DNA of 55,599 nt, the filler included, from Thermodesulfobacteriota bacterium (GTDB taxonomy: Bacteria > DASVDK01): assembly GCA_036381125.1 (NCBI GenBank). It is 3 parts of 3 records of this genome, joined end to end, with 100 filler letters (N's around TTAATTAATTAA, not from the genome) between each part and the next. Parts side by side here need not be neighbours in the genome. Positions count along the whole stretch, not along the records: positions 1 to 27,720 come from DASVDK010000376.1; 2 more parts are not named here. One strand, written 5' to 3'. Both the position numbers and the translations under genes were made by a program. Numbering within the stretch: the first letter of the stretch is position 1; every line of letters starts with the position of its first letter. Shown here one piece after another: positions 1-8,788 of this stretch. The notes under the pieces are model-generated. The model was not told the DNA's origin and searched no databases. It saw nothing but the letters and a program-made list of their open reading frames with translations.

Positions 1-201
1 GGCTTCAACGCCCAGGCCGAGCGGTACGAGGACCTGGTCGAGGCGGGCGTGATCGACCCGACCAAGGTCTCGCGCGTGGCGCTGCAGAACGCCGCCTCGG
101 TCGCCTCGCTCATGCTCACCACCGAGGCGATGGTCGCCGAGAAGCCGAAGAAGGAGGAGAAGGCCCCCGCCATGCCGGGCGGCGGCATGGGGGACTTCTA
201 G
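1..201 (+). CDS. groL: Chaperonin GroEL, C-terminal fragment (5' end outside window)
   Basis: Frame 1 reads [45 protein letters not shown]...[10 protein letters not shown], the canonical GroEL C-terminus with GGM tail. Confidence 0.97.
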   Translation, partial: GFNAQAERYEDLVEAGVIDPTKVSRVALQNAASVASLMLTTEAMVAEKPKKEEKAPAMPGGGMGDF

Positions 202-225
202 GCCCTTCGATCCGATTGCCTCGTC

Positions 226-261
226 CGGCCCGGAGGTCTATCCTCCGGGCCGATTTTTTTT
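226..261 (+). terminator. Rho-independent terminator after groEL
   Basis: Perfect 11-bp stem CGGCCCGGAGG / CCTCCGGGCCG with a 5-nt loop, followed by an 8-T run. Confidence 0.9.
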
Positions 262-275
262 GCCCGGAGACGCCG

Positions 276-1115
276 ATGCCCGACGACCGCTCGCTCGACA
301 CGCTTGCCGCCTTCGCCCGAGACCTCGCCCGCCGCGTCGGCGCCTTCCAGCGCAGCCGCTTCGGCGCGGCCGTGGAGATGCGCCTCAAGGGGGTCGTCGA
401 CCCGGTGACCCAGGTGGACCTCGACAGCGAGCGGATGATCGTCGAGGCGATTCGCCGCACCTTCCCGGACCACGACATCCTGACCGAGGAGGGATCCGGC
501 CGAGACAGCCGGGCCTCGCACCGCTGGATCGTCGACCCCATCGACGGCACCACGAACTTCGCCCGCGGCTACCCGATGTTCTGCGTCTCGATCGCGCTCG
601 AGCGCGAGGGAACGCCGGTGGTCGGGGTGGTCCACGCCCCGGCCATCGAGGAGACCTACTGGGGCGTGAAGGGCGTCGGCGCCTTCGGCGTACGGCTCGG
701 CGGCGAGGCGCGCCCCCTGCACGTCTCGACGGTGGCGCCGCTCGATCGGGCCTTCGTGATCACCGGCTTCCCATACGCGCTGCGCGAGGAGCCCGAGCCG
801 GTCCTCGGGCCGCTCGCGAGGATGACGGTGGCGAGCTTCGCCCTGCGCCGGGACGGCACGGCAGCGCTCGACCTCTGCTACGTCGCCGCGGGGGTCTTCG
901 ACGCCTTCTGGGAGGTCGAGCTGAAGCCGTGGGACGTGGCGGCGGCCCTGGTCATGCTGAACGAGGCGGGCGCGACGGTCACCGACATGGCGGGCGGACC
1001 CTATCGGCTCGGGATGCAGACGCTCGCCGCGTCGAACGGCCGCGTCCACGGGGAGATGATCGCGATCCTCAGGGCCGCGGGCGCGCCGCCGACCGGGCGG
1101 ACGCGGTGGGGGTAG
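276..1115 (+). CDS. suhB: Inositol monophosphatase family protein (SuhB-like)
   Basis: Motifs WIVDPIDGTTNFARG, LTEE, AALDLCYVAAG and LKPWDVAA. ATG 276 lies just after the terminator. Confidence 0.9.
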   Translation: MPDDRSLDTLAAFARDLARRVGAFQRSRFGAAVEMRLKGVVDPVTQVDLDSERMIVEAIRRTFPDHDILTEEGSGRDSRASHRWIVDPIDGTTNFARGYPMFCVSIALEREGTPVVGVVHAPAIEETYWGVKGVGAFGVRLGGEARPLHVSTVAPLDRAFVITGFPYALREEPEPVLGPLARMTVASFALRRDGTAALDLCYVAAGVFDAFWEVELKPWDVAAALVMLNEAGATVTDMAGGPYRLGMQTLAASNGRVHGEMIAILRAAGAPPTGRTRWG

Positions 1116-1141
1116 GTCCGGCGGGGGCCGACCGGCCGGGC

Positions 1142-1360
1142 TCAGCGGCCGGCTACGGCGATCCGCAGGCCGCCGAGGGCGGCCTCGAGCTCGGCGAGCG
1201 TCGCCGAGCAGTCGGGCTCGGCCAGGGTCTCGGTGAGGGCCCGGACGTCCTCGGCGGTGACCTCGAAGACCGGGTCGAGGCGGCCCGCCTCGAGGTCCCA
1301 CGGCACCTCCAGCCTCCCGATCTCGTGCACGACCTCGTCCAGAGCCGCACGGCGAGCCAT
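1142..1360 (-). CDS. Small hypothetical protein (72 aa, acidic, helical)
   Basis: MARRAALDEVVHEIGRLEVPWDL...; GGAGGA RBS upstream and a sigma54 consensus further upstream. Confidence 0.6.
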   Translation of the reverse strand: MARRAALDEVVHEIGRLEVPWDLEAGRLDPVFEVTAEDVRALTETLAEPDCSATLAELEAALGGLRIAVAGR

Positions 1361-1415
1361 CGATCGTCCTCCCACCTGCCCGTCGCCCCGGCGCGACGGG
1401 TCGGCCGCACCTCCG

Positions 1416-1431
1416 AGCAAGCGCCGTGCCA
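1416..1431 (-). promoter_or_regulatory. Sigma54 (-24/-12) promoter
   Basis: Minus strand TGGCACGGCGCTTGCT matches TGGCAC-N5-TTGCW, about 55 nt upstream of ATG 1360. Confidence 0.75.
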
Positions 1432-1581
1432 CCCCTCGAGCTACCGCCAAGCGCCCGTTATCGCATGGGTTCCGGAGCTGCGTCACGCCGACTCCGCACA
1501 AATTCGCGCAGGACGTGGACGAATCGCGTCACCGCGCGCGTCCAACGCGGCGTGCGAACGGAACTGGCAACGCCGGGGGGC

Positions 1582-2472
1582 ATGCCTGCCCGCGTCGCGA
1601 TCGCCAGGGCCGACCGGATCGCCGAGGCGGTGACCGCCGCCCTGGCGCCGCTCGACCTCGCCGGCCTCGTACGGGACCGCTACGTGGCGGTCAAGCCCAA
1701 CGACACCTGGGCCACCTCCGACGACACGACCGGCGTGACCCGTGGCGACACCCTGGACGCCGTGCTCGCGAGCCTCCTCGAGGCCGGACCGCGCCGGCTC
1801 GTCGTCTCGGGCGGCGCCGGCGCCGCCGAGACCGAGGACGTCCTCCGGGTGAGCGGCATGCTCGACGCCGCCCGGCGACACGGCGTCGAGGTGGTCGACC
1901 ACAACCGGCCCCCCTTCGAGGAGGTCGCGCTCGACCACGGACCCGAGCGCTCCGTCAAGGTGAACCGGCGCGTCCTCGAGTACGAGGTGCTCGTCTCCCT
2001 CGCGCAGCTCAAGATGCACGACTCGGCCACCGTCACGCTCTGCCTCAAGAACGTCGCCATGTCGTACCCGGCCGCCGACTGGTACGGGCACCCGCGAGGC
2101 TCCTACGCGCACGAGCACGCGTTCTTCGAGGACCTGCACGGCTTCATCGCCGCGATGGCGAGACGCTTCCCCATCCACCTCGGGATCATCGCCGGACATC
2201 CGGCCATGATCGCCACCGGCCCCCTCGGCGGCAAGACGGTCGAGACCGGGCTCGTCGTCGCGAGCCGCGACCCCCTCGCCGCGGACGTGGTCGGGGCCCG
2301 CCTCCTCGGCTTCCGGCCGATGGCCGTGCGCCACATCTGGGAGGCCGGCCGGCTCGGCGTCGGCGAGACCGACCTCTCGCGGATCGAGGTGGTCGGCCTG
2401 CCGCTCGAGGCCGCGATCCGCCACTTCACGCAGGCGGCCTACGGGCAGGCCCTCACCTACGAGCACGCGTAA
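1582..2472 (+). CDS. DUF362 domain-containing protein
   Basis: Motifs VAVKPN, LVSLAQLKMH...VTLCLKN and VVASRDPLAADVVGARLLG are typical of DUF362. Confidence 0.8.
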   Translation: MPARVAIARADRIAEAVTAALAPLDLAGLVRDRYVAVKPNDTWATSDDTTGVTRGDTLDAVLASLLEAGPRRLVVSGGAGAAETEDVLRVSGMLDAARRHGVEVVDHNRPPFEEVALDHGPERSVKVNRRVLEYEVLVSLAQLKMHDSATVTLCLKNVAMSYPAADWYGHPRGSYAHEHAFFEDLHGFIAAMARRFPIHLGIIAGHPAMIATGPLGGKTVETGLVVASRDPLAADVVGARLLGFRPMAVRHIWEAGRLGVGETDLSRIEVVGLPLEAAIRHFTQAAYGQALTYEHA

Positions 2473-2487
2473 CCGGAGAAAAGACCG

Positions 2488-2985
2488 ATGGCGTTCTCGC
2501 TCACGAGCCCCGCGTTCGTCCACGACCAGCCGATCCCGATCCGCCACACCTGCGACGGCGAGGACCTCTCGCCGCCGCTCCACTGGACCGACCCGCCCGA
2601 TCGAACCCAGGCCTTCGCGCTCGTCGTGGACGACCCCGACGCGCCGAGCGGCACGTTCACCCACTGGCTCCTCTACGACATACCGGTCGGCGCGCGGGAG
2701 CTCGAGGAGGGGATCCCGAACGACGAGGCGCTGCCGACGCAGGCGAAGCAGGGCCTCAACGACTTCGGCAACGTCGGCTACGGCGGCCCCTGCCCGCCGC
2801 CCGGCCCGGCGCACCGCTACTACTTCACCCTCTACGCCCTCTCCCGTCCGGCGAACCTCGCGCCCCGCGCCACCAAGGGGACGGTGCTCGACGCGATCCG
2901 CGACCACGTCCTCGCCCAGGCGCAGATCATGGGGCGCTACCAGCGGGCGGCCGGGACGGCAAAGGGCAAGGCCAGGCGCGCGTAG
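2488..2985 (+). CDS. YbhB/YbcL family Raf kinase inhibitor-like (PEBP) protein
   Basis: Motifs SPPLHW, DDPDAP.GTFTHW and YGGPCPPPGPAHRYYFTLYAL. Confidence 0.92.
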   Translation: MAFSLTSPAFVHDQPIPIRHTCDGEDLSPPLHWTDPPDRTQAFALVVDDPDAPSGTFTHWLLYDIPVGARELEEGIPNDEALPTQAKQGLNDFGNVGYGGPCPPPGPAHRYYFTLYALSRPANLAPRATKGTVLDAIRDHVLAQAQIMGRYQRAAGTAKGKARRA

Positions 2986-3031
2986 GGACGCGAGACCGCC
3001 TCACCGGGCGACCCACCCGCCGAGGACGATC

Positions 3032-4285
3032 TCAGCGAAGGCGGCGCGGACGCGCCCCTCGGGTCGTCGAGTCGGCGGCCTCGCGATCGGCCAGGACGGC
3101 GGCGCAGGGGTGATCGCGGAGCCACGACGCCGGCACGGCCGGCGTCGCCGGTCCCTCGAGCACGGCCCGCAGGGTCTCGCGCTTGTCCCGGCCCGACACG
3201 AGGAGCCAGACCTCGGCCGCGCCGAGGATCTCGGCGAGGCCGAGCGTGAGGGCGTGCGTCGGGGCGGCGGGGTCGCCGGGGAAGTTCCGGCGCCGGGTCT
3301 CCTCGGCGAGGCGCACGACGCGCGCCGGCGCCGACGGCGGCGCGCCCGGCTCGTTGAAGGCGACGTGGCCGTTGGGTCCGAGGCCGAGCAGGCAGAGGTC
3401 GATCCCGCCCCACGCGGCGAGGGCCGCCGAGACGCGCCGCACCTCGGCCTCGAGGTCGGCCGCGGCGCCGTCGAAGGCGAGGCGCCGCTCCGGCGGCACG
3501 CCGAGCGCGTCGAGGAGTTCGCCTCGCAGCTCGTGGGCGAAGGACCGCGGGTCGTCGCGGCCGACGCCGACGTACTCGTCGAGGCCGACGACCCGCACGC
3601 GGGAGGCGTCGAGCCGGCCGGCGGCGGCCCGGGCGCGCAGGCGCGCGTAGAGCGGGTCGGGCGTGCGCCCCGTGGGCAGCGCCGCCACCAGGTCCGGCCG
3701 GGCCGCCACCCGCGCGCAGAACCGCTCGGCCGCGGCCTCGGCCAGCGCATCCGCGTCGGCGAACGTCTCGACCGCGAGCCCCGTCCACTCGCGCGCGACG
3801 AGCCGCACCCCGGCGCGCTCCCCCTCGGGCAGCGCGGCCAGCAGGTCGCGCACCGGGCGGCCGAGCCGCGGGACGACGAGGTCCGCCGCGAGGTCGGCGA
3901 GCGGCACGAGGACGAAGGCGCGCAGGTGAAGGCGAGGGTGCGGCACGACGAGGTCCGGCTCGTCGAGGACGGCCTCGCCGTGGAGGAGGAGGTCGAGGTC
4001 GATCACGCGCGGCTCGCCGGGCTCGCGCGGCGTGCGCCCCATGACGCGCTCGATCCCCTTGAGCCGCGCGAGCAGCTCGCGAGGGCCGAGCGCGGTCTCG
4101 AGGCGGGCGACGGCGTTCAGGAAGCGGGGCTGGGGGCCGACCCCCCAGGGCTCGGTCTCGTAGAGCGGCGACACGGAGCCCACGCGGCCGAGCGGCCGCA
4201 GGCGCGCGAGCGCCTCCCGGAGGCTCGTCTCGCGCTCGCCGAGGTTCGCACCGAGGCCGAGGTAGGCAAGGGCCGGGGCTGGCAT
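3032..4285 (-). CDS. Fusion of HPPK (FolK) and glucosamine-6-phosphate deaminase (NagB)-like domain
   Basis: N-half has AYLGLGANLG, SPLYETEPWG, FLNAV, PRVIDLDLL and PHPRLHLRAFVLVPL (FolK). C-half has LPTGRTP, LDEYVG and LLGLGPNGHVAFNEPG (NagB). One uninterrupted frame. Confidence 0.88.
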   Translation of the reverse strand: MPAPALAYLGLGANLGERETSLREALARLRPLGRVGSVSPLYETEPWGVGPQPRFLNAVARLETALGPRELLARLKGIERVMGRTPREPGEPRVIDLDLLLHGEAVLDEPDLVVPHPRLHLRAFVLVPLADLAADLVVPRLGRPVRDLLAALPEGERAGVRLVAREWTGLAVETFADADALAEAAAERFCARVAARPDLVAALPTGRTPDPLYARLRARAAAGRLDASRVRVVGLDEYVGVGRDDPRSFAHELRGELLDALGVPPERRLAFDGAAADLEAEVRRVSAALAAWGGIDLCLLGLGPNGHVAFNEPGAPPSAPARVVRLAEETRRRNFPGDPAAPTHALTLGLAEILGAAEVWLLVSGRDKRETLRAVLEGPATPAVPASWLRDHPCAAVLADREAADSTTRGARPRRLR

Positions 4286-4293
4286 GGGGCGCG

Positions 4294-4323
4294 ACTCTAG
4301 CGCCCGGCTCGCGGCGGGGTCAA
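4294..4323 (-). promoter_or_regulatory. Sigma70-type promoter of folK-nagB, probably leaderless
   Basis: Minus strand TTGACC-N18-TAGAGT, then 8 nt to the ATG; no SD sequence. Confidence 0.55.
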
Positions 4324-4348
4324 GGCGCCCCGCCGCGCGTGCAAAGGA

Positions 4349-4552
4349 CTAGGTTCGGCTCGTGCCGGGGTTCGTCGGGGTCGCCGGCTCGGCCGGGGTG
4401 GTGGGGCGGTGGTCCGCGACGACCGCGCCCCCGCGCGCCCGGTAGCCCAGGCTGTAAATCGACTCGTCGGCAGGGTCCTCGTCGAGATCGAGCGGCAGCC
4501 GTGAAGCGGGCTCGGCGGGCGGCGTGGCGGTCTTCCCGGTCGTGCGATCCAT
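4349..4552 (-). CDS. Small hypothetical protein (67 aa, Pro/Thr-rich)
   Basis: ORF with GAGGAG RBS and an upstream sigma54-like element; no family recognised. Confidence 0.5.
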   Translation of the reverse strand: MDRTTGKTATPPAEPASRLPLDLDEDPADESIYSLGYRARGGAVVADHRPTTPAEPATPTNPGTSRT

Positions 4553-4618
4553 GGCGTCGGGTTCTCCTCACTCGAGATGAAGTCGCGTGCCGATTGGTGT
4601 CACGTGCCGCGGACGGTG

Positions 4619-4634
4619 AGCAAGACGCATGCCG
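4619..4634 (-). promoter_or_regulatory. Putative sigma54 promoter
   Basis: Minus strand CGGCATGCGTCTTGCT (GG-N10-GC with TTGCT), upstream of the 67-aa ORF. Confidence 0.55.
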
Positions 4635-4804
4635 TGCGATCGGGGGGGCGGGGTGCGCGATCGCACGCCCGAATCCGTCGTCCGGAGCCCGGATCGCGTG
4701 GACGCTCCGCGGCATGCCGGTGACGCATGTCGTCACCGAGCTCCCGCGGGTGTGGCGTACGTGCCACCTGTGGCCCCGCCGCCTCGCCGACACGAGCGTT
4801 TCAG

Positions 4805-4853
4805 GGGGTCAGGTCTTTCCATTTTCCATGGGGTCAGGTCTTTCCGTTTTCCA
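4805..4853. repeat. REP-like dispersed repeat, two tandem 24-bp copies
   Basis: GGGGTCAGGTCTTTCCATTTTCCA (4805-4828) and GGGGTCAGGTCTTTCCGTTTTCCA (4830-4853). The same family occurs at about 38.7 kb and 54.3 kb. Confidence 0.85.
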
Positions 4854-4915
4854 GGCGCGTTCTCCACGGGCCGCAGCCGACCCGTCCCCCGCGCCTCACG
4901 CCACGGTGATCCGCG

Positions 4916-6946
4916 TCAGTTGAACAACCTGCGGAAGAACCCCTTCTCCTCCTGGGCGCGCTGCTCCTCGAGCGCGGCGAGCTCCCGCAGAGCCAGGCGG
5001 TGTCTCGGCACGAGGCGGAGCGCCTTCTGGAACTCCACCTCGGCGAGGCCCGGCTTGCCCTCGGTGACGTAGATGACGCCGCGATACGCGAAGGCGTCGG
5101 CCGTCGGCTTCGCGGCGAGCGACCTGGCGAGCAGCGCCTTGGCGCGGTCGACGGCGCTGCGGCTGCCGGCGTTGCGCGGGTTCTTGAAGATCGCCCAGGC
5201 GAGGTGCGCCTCGGCTTCGGGCGTCGGCATGAGCGTCAGCGCGGACGTGAGCGCCCGCTCGGCCGCCTCGAAGTCGCCCTGCGCGAGGAACGCCTCGCCC
5301 GACTGACGCTGCACCTCCGCCTGCAGCGAGTCCTCCTCCTTGTCGCCGGTCGCCTGGACGCCGCGCTCGCCGAGCAGCCGGTCGTAGTTCTCCTTGGCGA
5401 CGACGTTCGAGAGCGTGTTGTACGCGGTGGCCAGCTTCGCGGTGACCTCCTCCGCCATCGAGACGATCTCGCCGCTCGCGCCGTGCTGGACGAAGTAGTC
5501 GGGGCTGAACCGCTTCAGCTTGGAGAAGTACGCCTCCTTCACCGCGTCGTACCGGTACGTACTCTGCGTGAGGCCGAAGACCTCGTAGTAGTTTCTCGAC
5601 GCGAGCGCGGCATGCTCGGCCCTGAGCTCGGCCTCGCGCTCGGCGAGGTCCGGCGCGGGCGCATGACCGCCGGGCGAGCCCGGCGCGGCGCCGGCGGCCG
5701 GCACCGCGGCGAGTCCCGCGAGCGCGCCCGCCACCTCGCCCGCCAGCTCCGACGAGAGGTCGACGAAGCTGTCGTCGACGATGCTCTCGAGCGTCTGGGG
5801 GGCGAGCCGCGGCGCGATGGCGCGGCGCGGGTAGGGCGGCAGGAGCGGCTCGGCTCGCGGCGCGTCGACGACCGCGACGAGCCCGAGCACGTGCAGGGCG
5901 TCGAGGCAGCCGGCCCGTTCGTGGCTCGCGTCCTGCCCGCTGTCGTCCTGCGGCAACGCGAGGAGGCCGTCGATCGGGATGCCCACCGGCGTCTCCTCGA
6001 GGGCGGCGAGGACCGGGACGTCGAACGGGCCGGCGTCGAGGAAGGGCAGCGCGTCGAAGAAGAGCGCCGTCGGCGCGATCACGCGGTCGGCCGAGCGGTC
6101 GGCGAAGCTGTCGCCGGAGCCGGGCGGCCGCGCGCCGCGCACCCACGCGAAGAGCCAGCGCGGCAGGTCGAGACGGGGCGGCACGGTCGTGGGGACGACC
6201 GGGCCGCTCTTGAAGGCGTAGCGGCCGCCCTCCCAGGCGAGGAGCGCCGCGAGCCCCTGCTCGAGCCGCTCCCGGGCGAGATCGGCCAGCTCCTCGGGAT
6301 CGACCACCCCCATCTTGACGAGGAGCGAGGGCTCGGGGCGATGCTGGTAGGCCTCCACCTCCTCGGCCGTCACGCGGCCGTCGGCGGCGAGCGCCTCCAC
6401 AAGGGCGAGCGGCGCGGCCGGCAGGAGCCCCACCGGGTCGCCGGCGAGGAACTGCACGCCTCGGCGCTCCTCCCCGCGGCCGACGTGAAGGACGCCGGTC
6501 GCGCCGGCGGCCCAGACCTCGAGGAGCACCGCGGCGAGGCCGAACGCGCCGAACGTGCCGCTCTGCCAGGAGGGCGCCGGGCCCACGGGCAGCGCCCCGA
6601 CCAGCACCTTCGCCACCTCGGCCGGGTCCGCGGCCGCCGGAAGCCACCCGACCAGGCCGAGTTGCGCCCGGGCACGCGCCTCGAGCGTCCGGTCGCGCGG
6701 CGCCGCGGTGAGGACGAGCGGCACGTCGATCCCGTCCTGCCGCAGGCGTGCACAGAGTTTCAGGCCCGGCGCGTCGAGGAGGGTGTGGTCGACGACGAGA
6801 CCGTCGGCCTGGCCCGCCCGGACGCGCGCGTACGCCTCGCGCGCCGAGGCGGCGCCAAGGGTCGTGTAGCCCGCTGCCGCCAGCGCGGCCAGGAGCGCGG
6901 CTTGCCGGGCGGGATCGTCTTCGACGACCAGGACGCGGGGCGCCAT
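4916..6946 (-). CDS. Receiver domain + DUF4388-like + DnaJ-like + TPR multidomain protein
   Basis: N-terminal RVLVVEDD receiver; central FGLAAVLLEVWAAGATGVLHV (DUF4388/PatA-like); NYYEVFGL...AYFSKLKRFSPD...AYNTLSN (J-like); C-terminal TPRs ending KGFFRRLFN. Start taken at MAPRVL. Confidence 0.75.
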   Translation of the reverse strand: MAPRVLVVEDDPARQAALLAALAAAGYTTLGAASAREAYARVRAGQADGLVVDHTLLDAPGLKLCARLRQDGIDVPLVLTAAPRDRTLEARARAQLGLVGWLPAAADPAEVAKVLVGALPVGPAPSWQSGTFGAFGLAAVLLEVWAAGATGVLHVGRGEERRGVQFLAGDPVGLLPAAPLALVEALAADGRVTAEEVEAYQHRPEPSLLVKMGVVDPEELADLARERLEQGLAALLAWEGGRYAFKSGPVVPTTVPPRLDLPRWLFAWVRGARPPGSGDSFADRSADRVIAPTALFFDALPFLDAGPFDVPVLAALEETPVGIPIDGLLALPQDDSGQDASHERAGCLDALHVLGLVAVVDAPRAEPLLPPYPRRAIAPRLAPQTLESIVDDSFVDLSSELAGEVAGALAGLAAVPAAGAAPGSPGGHAPAPDLAEREAELRAEHAALASRNYYEVFGLTQSTYRYDAVKEAYFSKLKRFSPDYFVQHGASGEIVSMAEEVTAKLATAYNTLSNVVAKENYDRLLGERGVQATGDKEEDSLQAEVQRQSGEAFLAQGDFEAAERALTSALTLMPTPEAEAHLAWAIFKNPRNAGSRSAVDRAKALLARSLAAKPTADAFAYRGVIYVTEGKPGLAEVEFQKALRLVPRHRLALRELAALEEQRAQEEKGFFRRLFN

Positions 6947-7008
6947 GGAGCCGGGCTTGTACGGGAAATCGGGCCGGTTGGCAAGCGTTTTCGCGGGCGC
7001 TCGCACCC

Positions 7009-7521
7009 TTACGCGTCGAGGTCGCCGGGCCGGAAGAGACGCAGCTCCGTCACGCGCTCGAAGTCGCGGTCGGCCGTGGCGAGCACGTCGACGCCGCGCC
7101 GCAAGGCCGCGTCCAGGATGAGCGAGTCGTTCACGAGTAGCCCGTAGCGCGTCCGAAGTTCGCTCGCGCGGGCGACGTCGGACGGCTCCAGGGCCAGGAC
7201 CTCGATATTCATGGCCGGGATCTGCTCGAGGTGCTCTCGGTAGGCCGATAGCATCGTGACGATGTCGGGTCGCTCCCGAAGCTTGCGCGCGACGTTCCCC
7301 CGCGCGACCAGCCCTTTCAGGACCGCCTCGAGCATCATGAGGCGGTGAGCGACCTCGACGAGCACGACGACGGAGGTGATGCCGTCGAGGTCGCGCCGCT
7401 CGCATCGCTCCAGGAAGTCCAGGCAATGGGCCGACTCGCCGGCGAAGGAGTAGACGAAGATGGTCGAGTCGATGAAGACGGAGGTCCCAGGCGGGATGGC
7501 GTCAAGTGTCGAAGGGTCCAT
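7009..7521 (-). CDS. vapC: PIN-domain toxin (VapC family)
   Basis: Acidic PIN residues in FIDSTIF, VLVEVAH, LVNDSLI and TADRDF. Confidence 0.88.
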   Translation of the reverse strand: MDPSTLDAIPPGTSVFIDSTIFVYSFAGESAHCLDFLERCERRDLDGITSVVVLVEVAHRLMMLEAVLKGLVARGNVARKLRERPDIVTMLSAYREHLEQIPAMNIEVLALEPSDVARASELRTRYGLLVNDSLILDAALRRGVDVLATADRDFERVTELRLFRPGDLDA

Positions 7522-7744
7522 CCTCGTCCTCCAAGATGGACCGCACGAGCGACTTCGGAGCCTTCATGGCGCCGAAGCTTGATCGAGCGATGCTCCGCGG
7601 CGCCTCTCGTCGAGGCGGCTCGCGGAGGTAGGCCTCCAACGCCTCACTGACGAGTTCGCTGATCTGCCGTCCTTGCCGGGCGGACTCGATCTTGACTCGC
7701 CGGAAGAGGGCCTCGTCGAGGACCGTGCTGACCTTTCGCTTCAT
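7502..7744 (-). CDS. Ribbon-helix-helix antitoxin (VapB-like)
   Basis: MKRKVSTVLDEALFRRVKIESARQGRQISELVSEALEAYL has an RHH pattern; overlaps the PIN gene start by 20 bp. Confidence 0.8.
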   Translation of the reverse strand: MKRKVSTVLDEALFRRVKIESARQGRQISELVSEALEAYLREPPRREAPRSIARSSFGAMKAPKSLVRSILEDEDGPFDT

Positions 7745-7750
7745 GACAGG

Positions 7751-7779
7751 AAGATAACCTGAAACCCTGATCGGGTCAA
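7751..7779 (-). promoter_or_regulatory. Leaderless sigma70 promoter and operator of the TA operon
   Basis: TTGACC-N17-TATCTT, then 6 nt to the ATG. Inverted repeat ACCC-TGATC-GGGT overlaps the spacer and -35. Confidence 0.7.
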
Positions 7780-8783
7780 TCCCGCGGCGACCGCGCGCGG
7801 CGACCTGGTCCGGTCTTGGCGGCCGGCTTCTTGTTCGCACCCGGTTTCGCCTGCACGGACTTCGACGACCTCGCCGGTGCGGCTGCGGCCTTCGCGGTGC
7901 CGGTCGCCGGCCTCGGATCGGGGACCCGCTCCCCGCGCAGGCGCCGCAGCATCGTCAGGTTGATGACGTCCAGGTCGACGCCTCCCTCCTCGCCCTTGGC
8001 CGTCTCGATGACCATGGGGCGGTCCTTGACCCGCTCGTCGTTCAGCAGGGCGCGGAACGCCTCGAGGCCGAGCTCGCCCCGGCCGATGTGCTCGTGCCGG
8101 TCGACGCGCGCGCCGAGCCCCTTCTTCGAGTCGTTCAGGTGGAAGGCGCGGAGGCGATCGAGGCCGACGACGTGGTCGAACTCGTCCATGACGCGCGCGT
8201 ACCCCTCGGGCGTGCGCAGGTCGTAGCCGGCCGCGAACGCGTGGCACGTGTCGAGGCAGACGCCGAGCCGCTCGGGCGCCTTGACGCGGTCGAGGACCTC
8301 GCGGAGCTGCTCGAACCGGTAGCCGATGACGCTCCCCTGCCCGGCGGTGTTCTCGAGGAGCACCTTCGTCGCGAAGCCGCGGGTGGCGTCGTGGATGCGG
8401 TCGATCAGCGCCGCCATGCGGCGGATCCCTTCCGCCTCGCCCGCGCCGCCGTGCGCGCCGGGATGCGTGACCAGGTAGGGGATGCCGAGCGCCTCGCACC
8501 GCTCGATCTCCTCGCGGAAGGCGGCCTCCGACCGGGCGAGCAGGTCGCTCCCCTCGGGCGCGCAGAGGTTGATCAGGTACGAGTCGTGGGCGAGGAGGAC
8601 CGGGACCCCGGCGTCGGCCTGGCTCTGCTTGAAGCGCGCGACGTCGTCCGCCGTGAGCGGCCTGGCCGCCCACTGGTTGGAGTTCTTCGTGAAGATCTGC
8701 GCGACCTCGCAGCCGACCGCCCGTGCGCGGGGCGGGGCCTCGTAGACCCCGCCCGCGATCGACACGTGAGCCCCGATGGGCAT
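7776..8783 (-). CDS. nfo: Endonuclease IV
   Basis: Motifs IGAHVSIAGG, HDSYLINL, HPG, LENTAGQG, CLDTCHAFAAGYD and HLNDSK...DRHEHIG. Confidence 0.96.
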   Translation of the reverse strand: MPIGAHVSIAGGVYEAPPRARAVGCEVAQIFTKNSNQWAARPLTADDVARFKQSQADAGVPVLLAHDSYLINLCAPEGSDLLARSEAAFREEIERCEALGIPYLVTHPGAHGGAGEAEGIRRMAALIDRIHDATRGFATKVLLENTAGQGSVIGYRFEQLREVLDRVKAPERLGVCLDTCHAFAAGYDLRTPEGYARVMDEFDHVVGLDRLRAFHLNDSKKGLGARVDRHEHIGRGELGLEAFRALLNDERVKDRPMVIETAKGEEGGVDLDVINLTMLRRLRGERVPDPRPATGTAKAAAAPARSSKSVQAKPGANKKPAAKTGPGRRARSPRD

Positions 8784-8788
8784 GCGGA

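Noticed and set aside
7009-7744. TA pair as marker of a prophage or genomic island
   Set aside because: No integrase, att sites or phage genes nearby; appears to be a stand-alone VapBC insertion.
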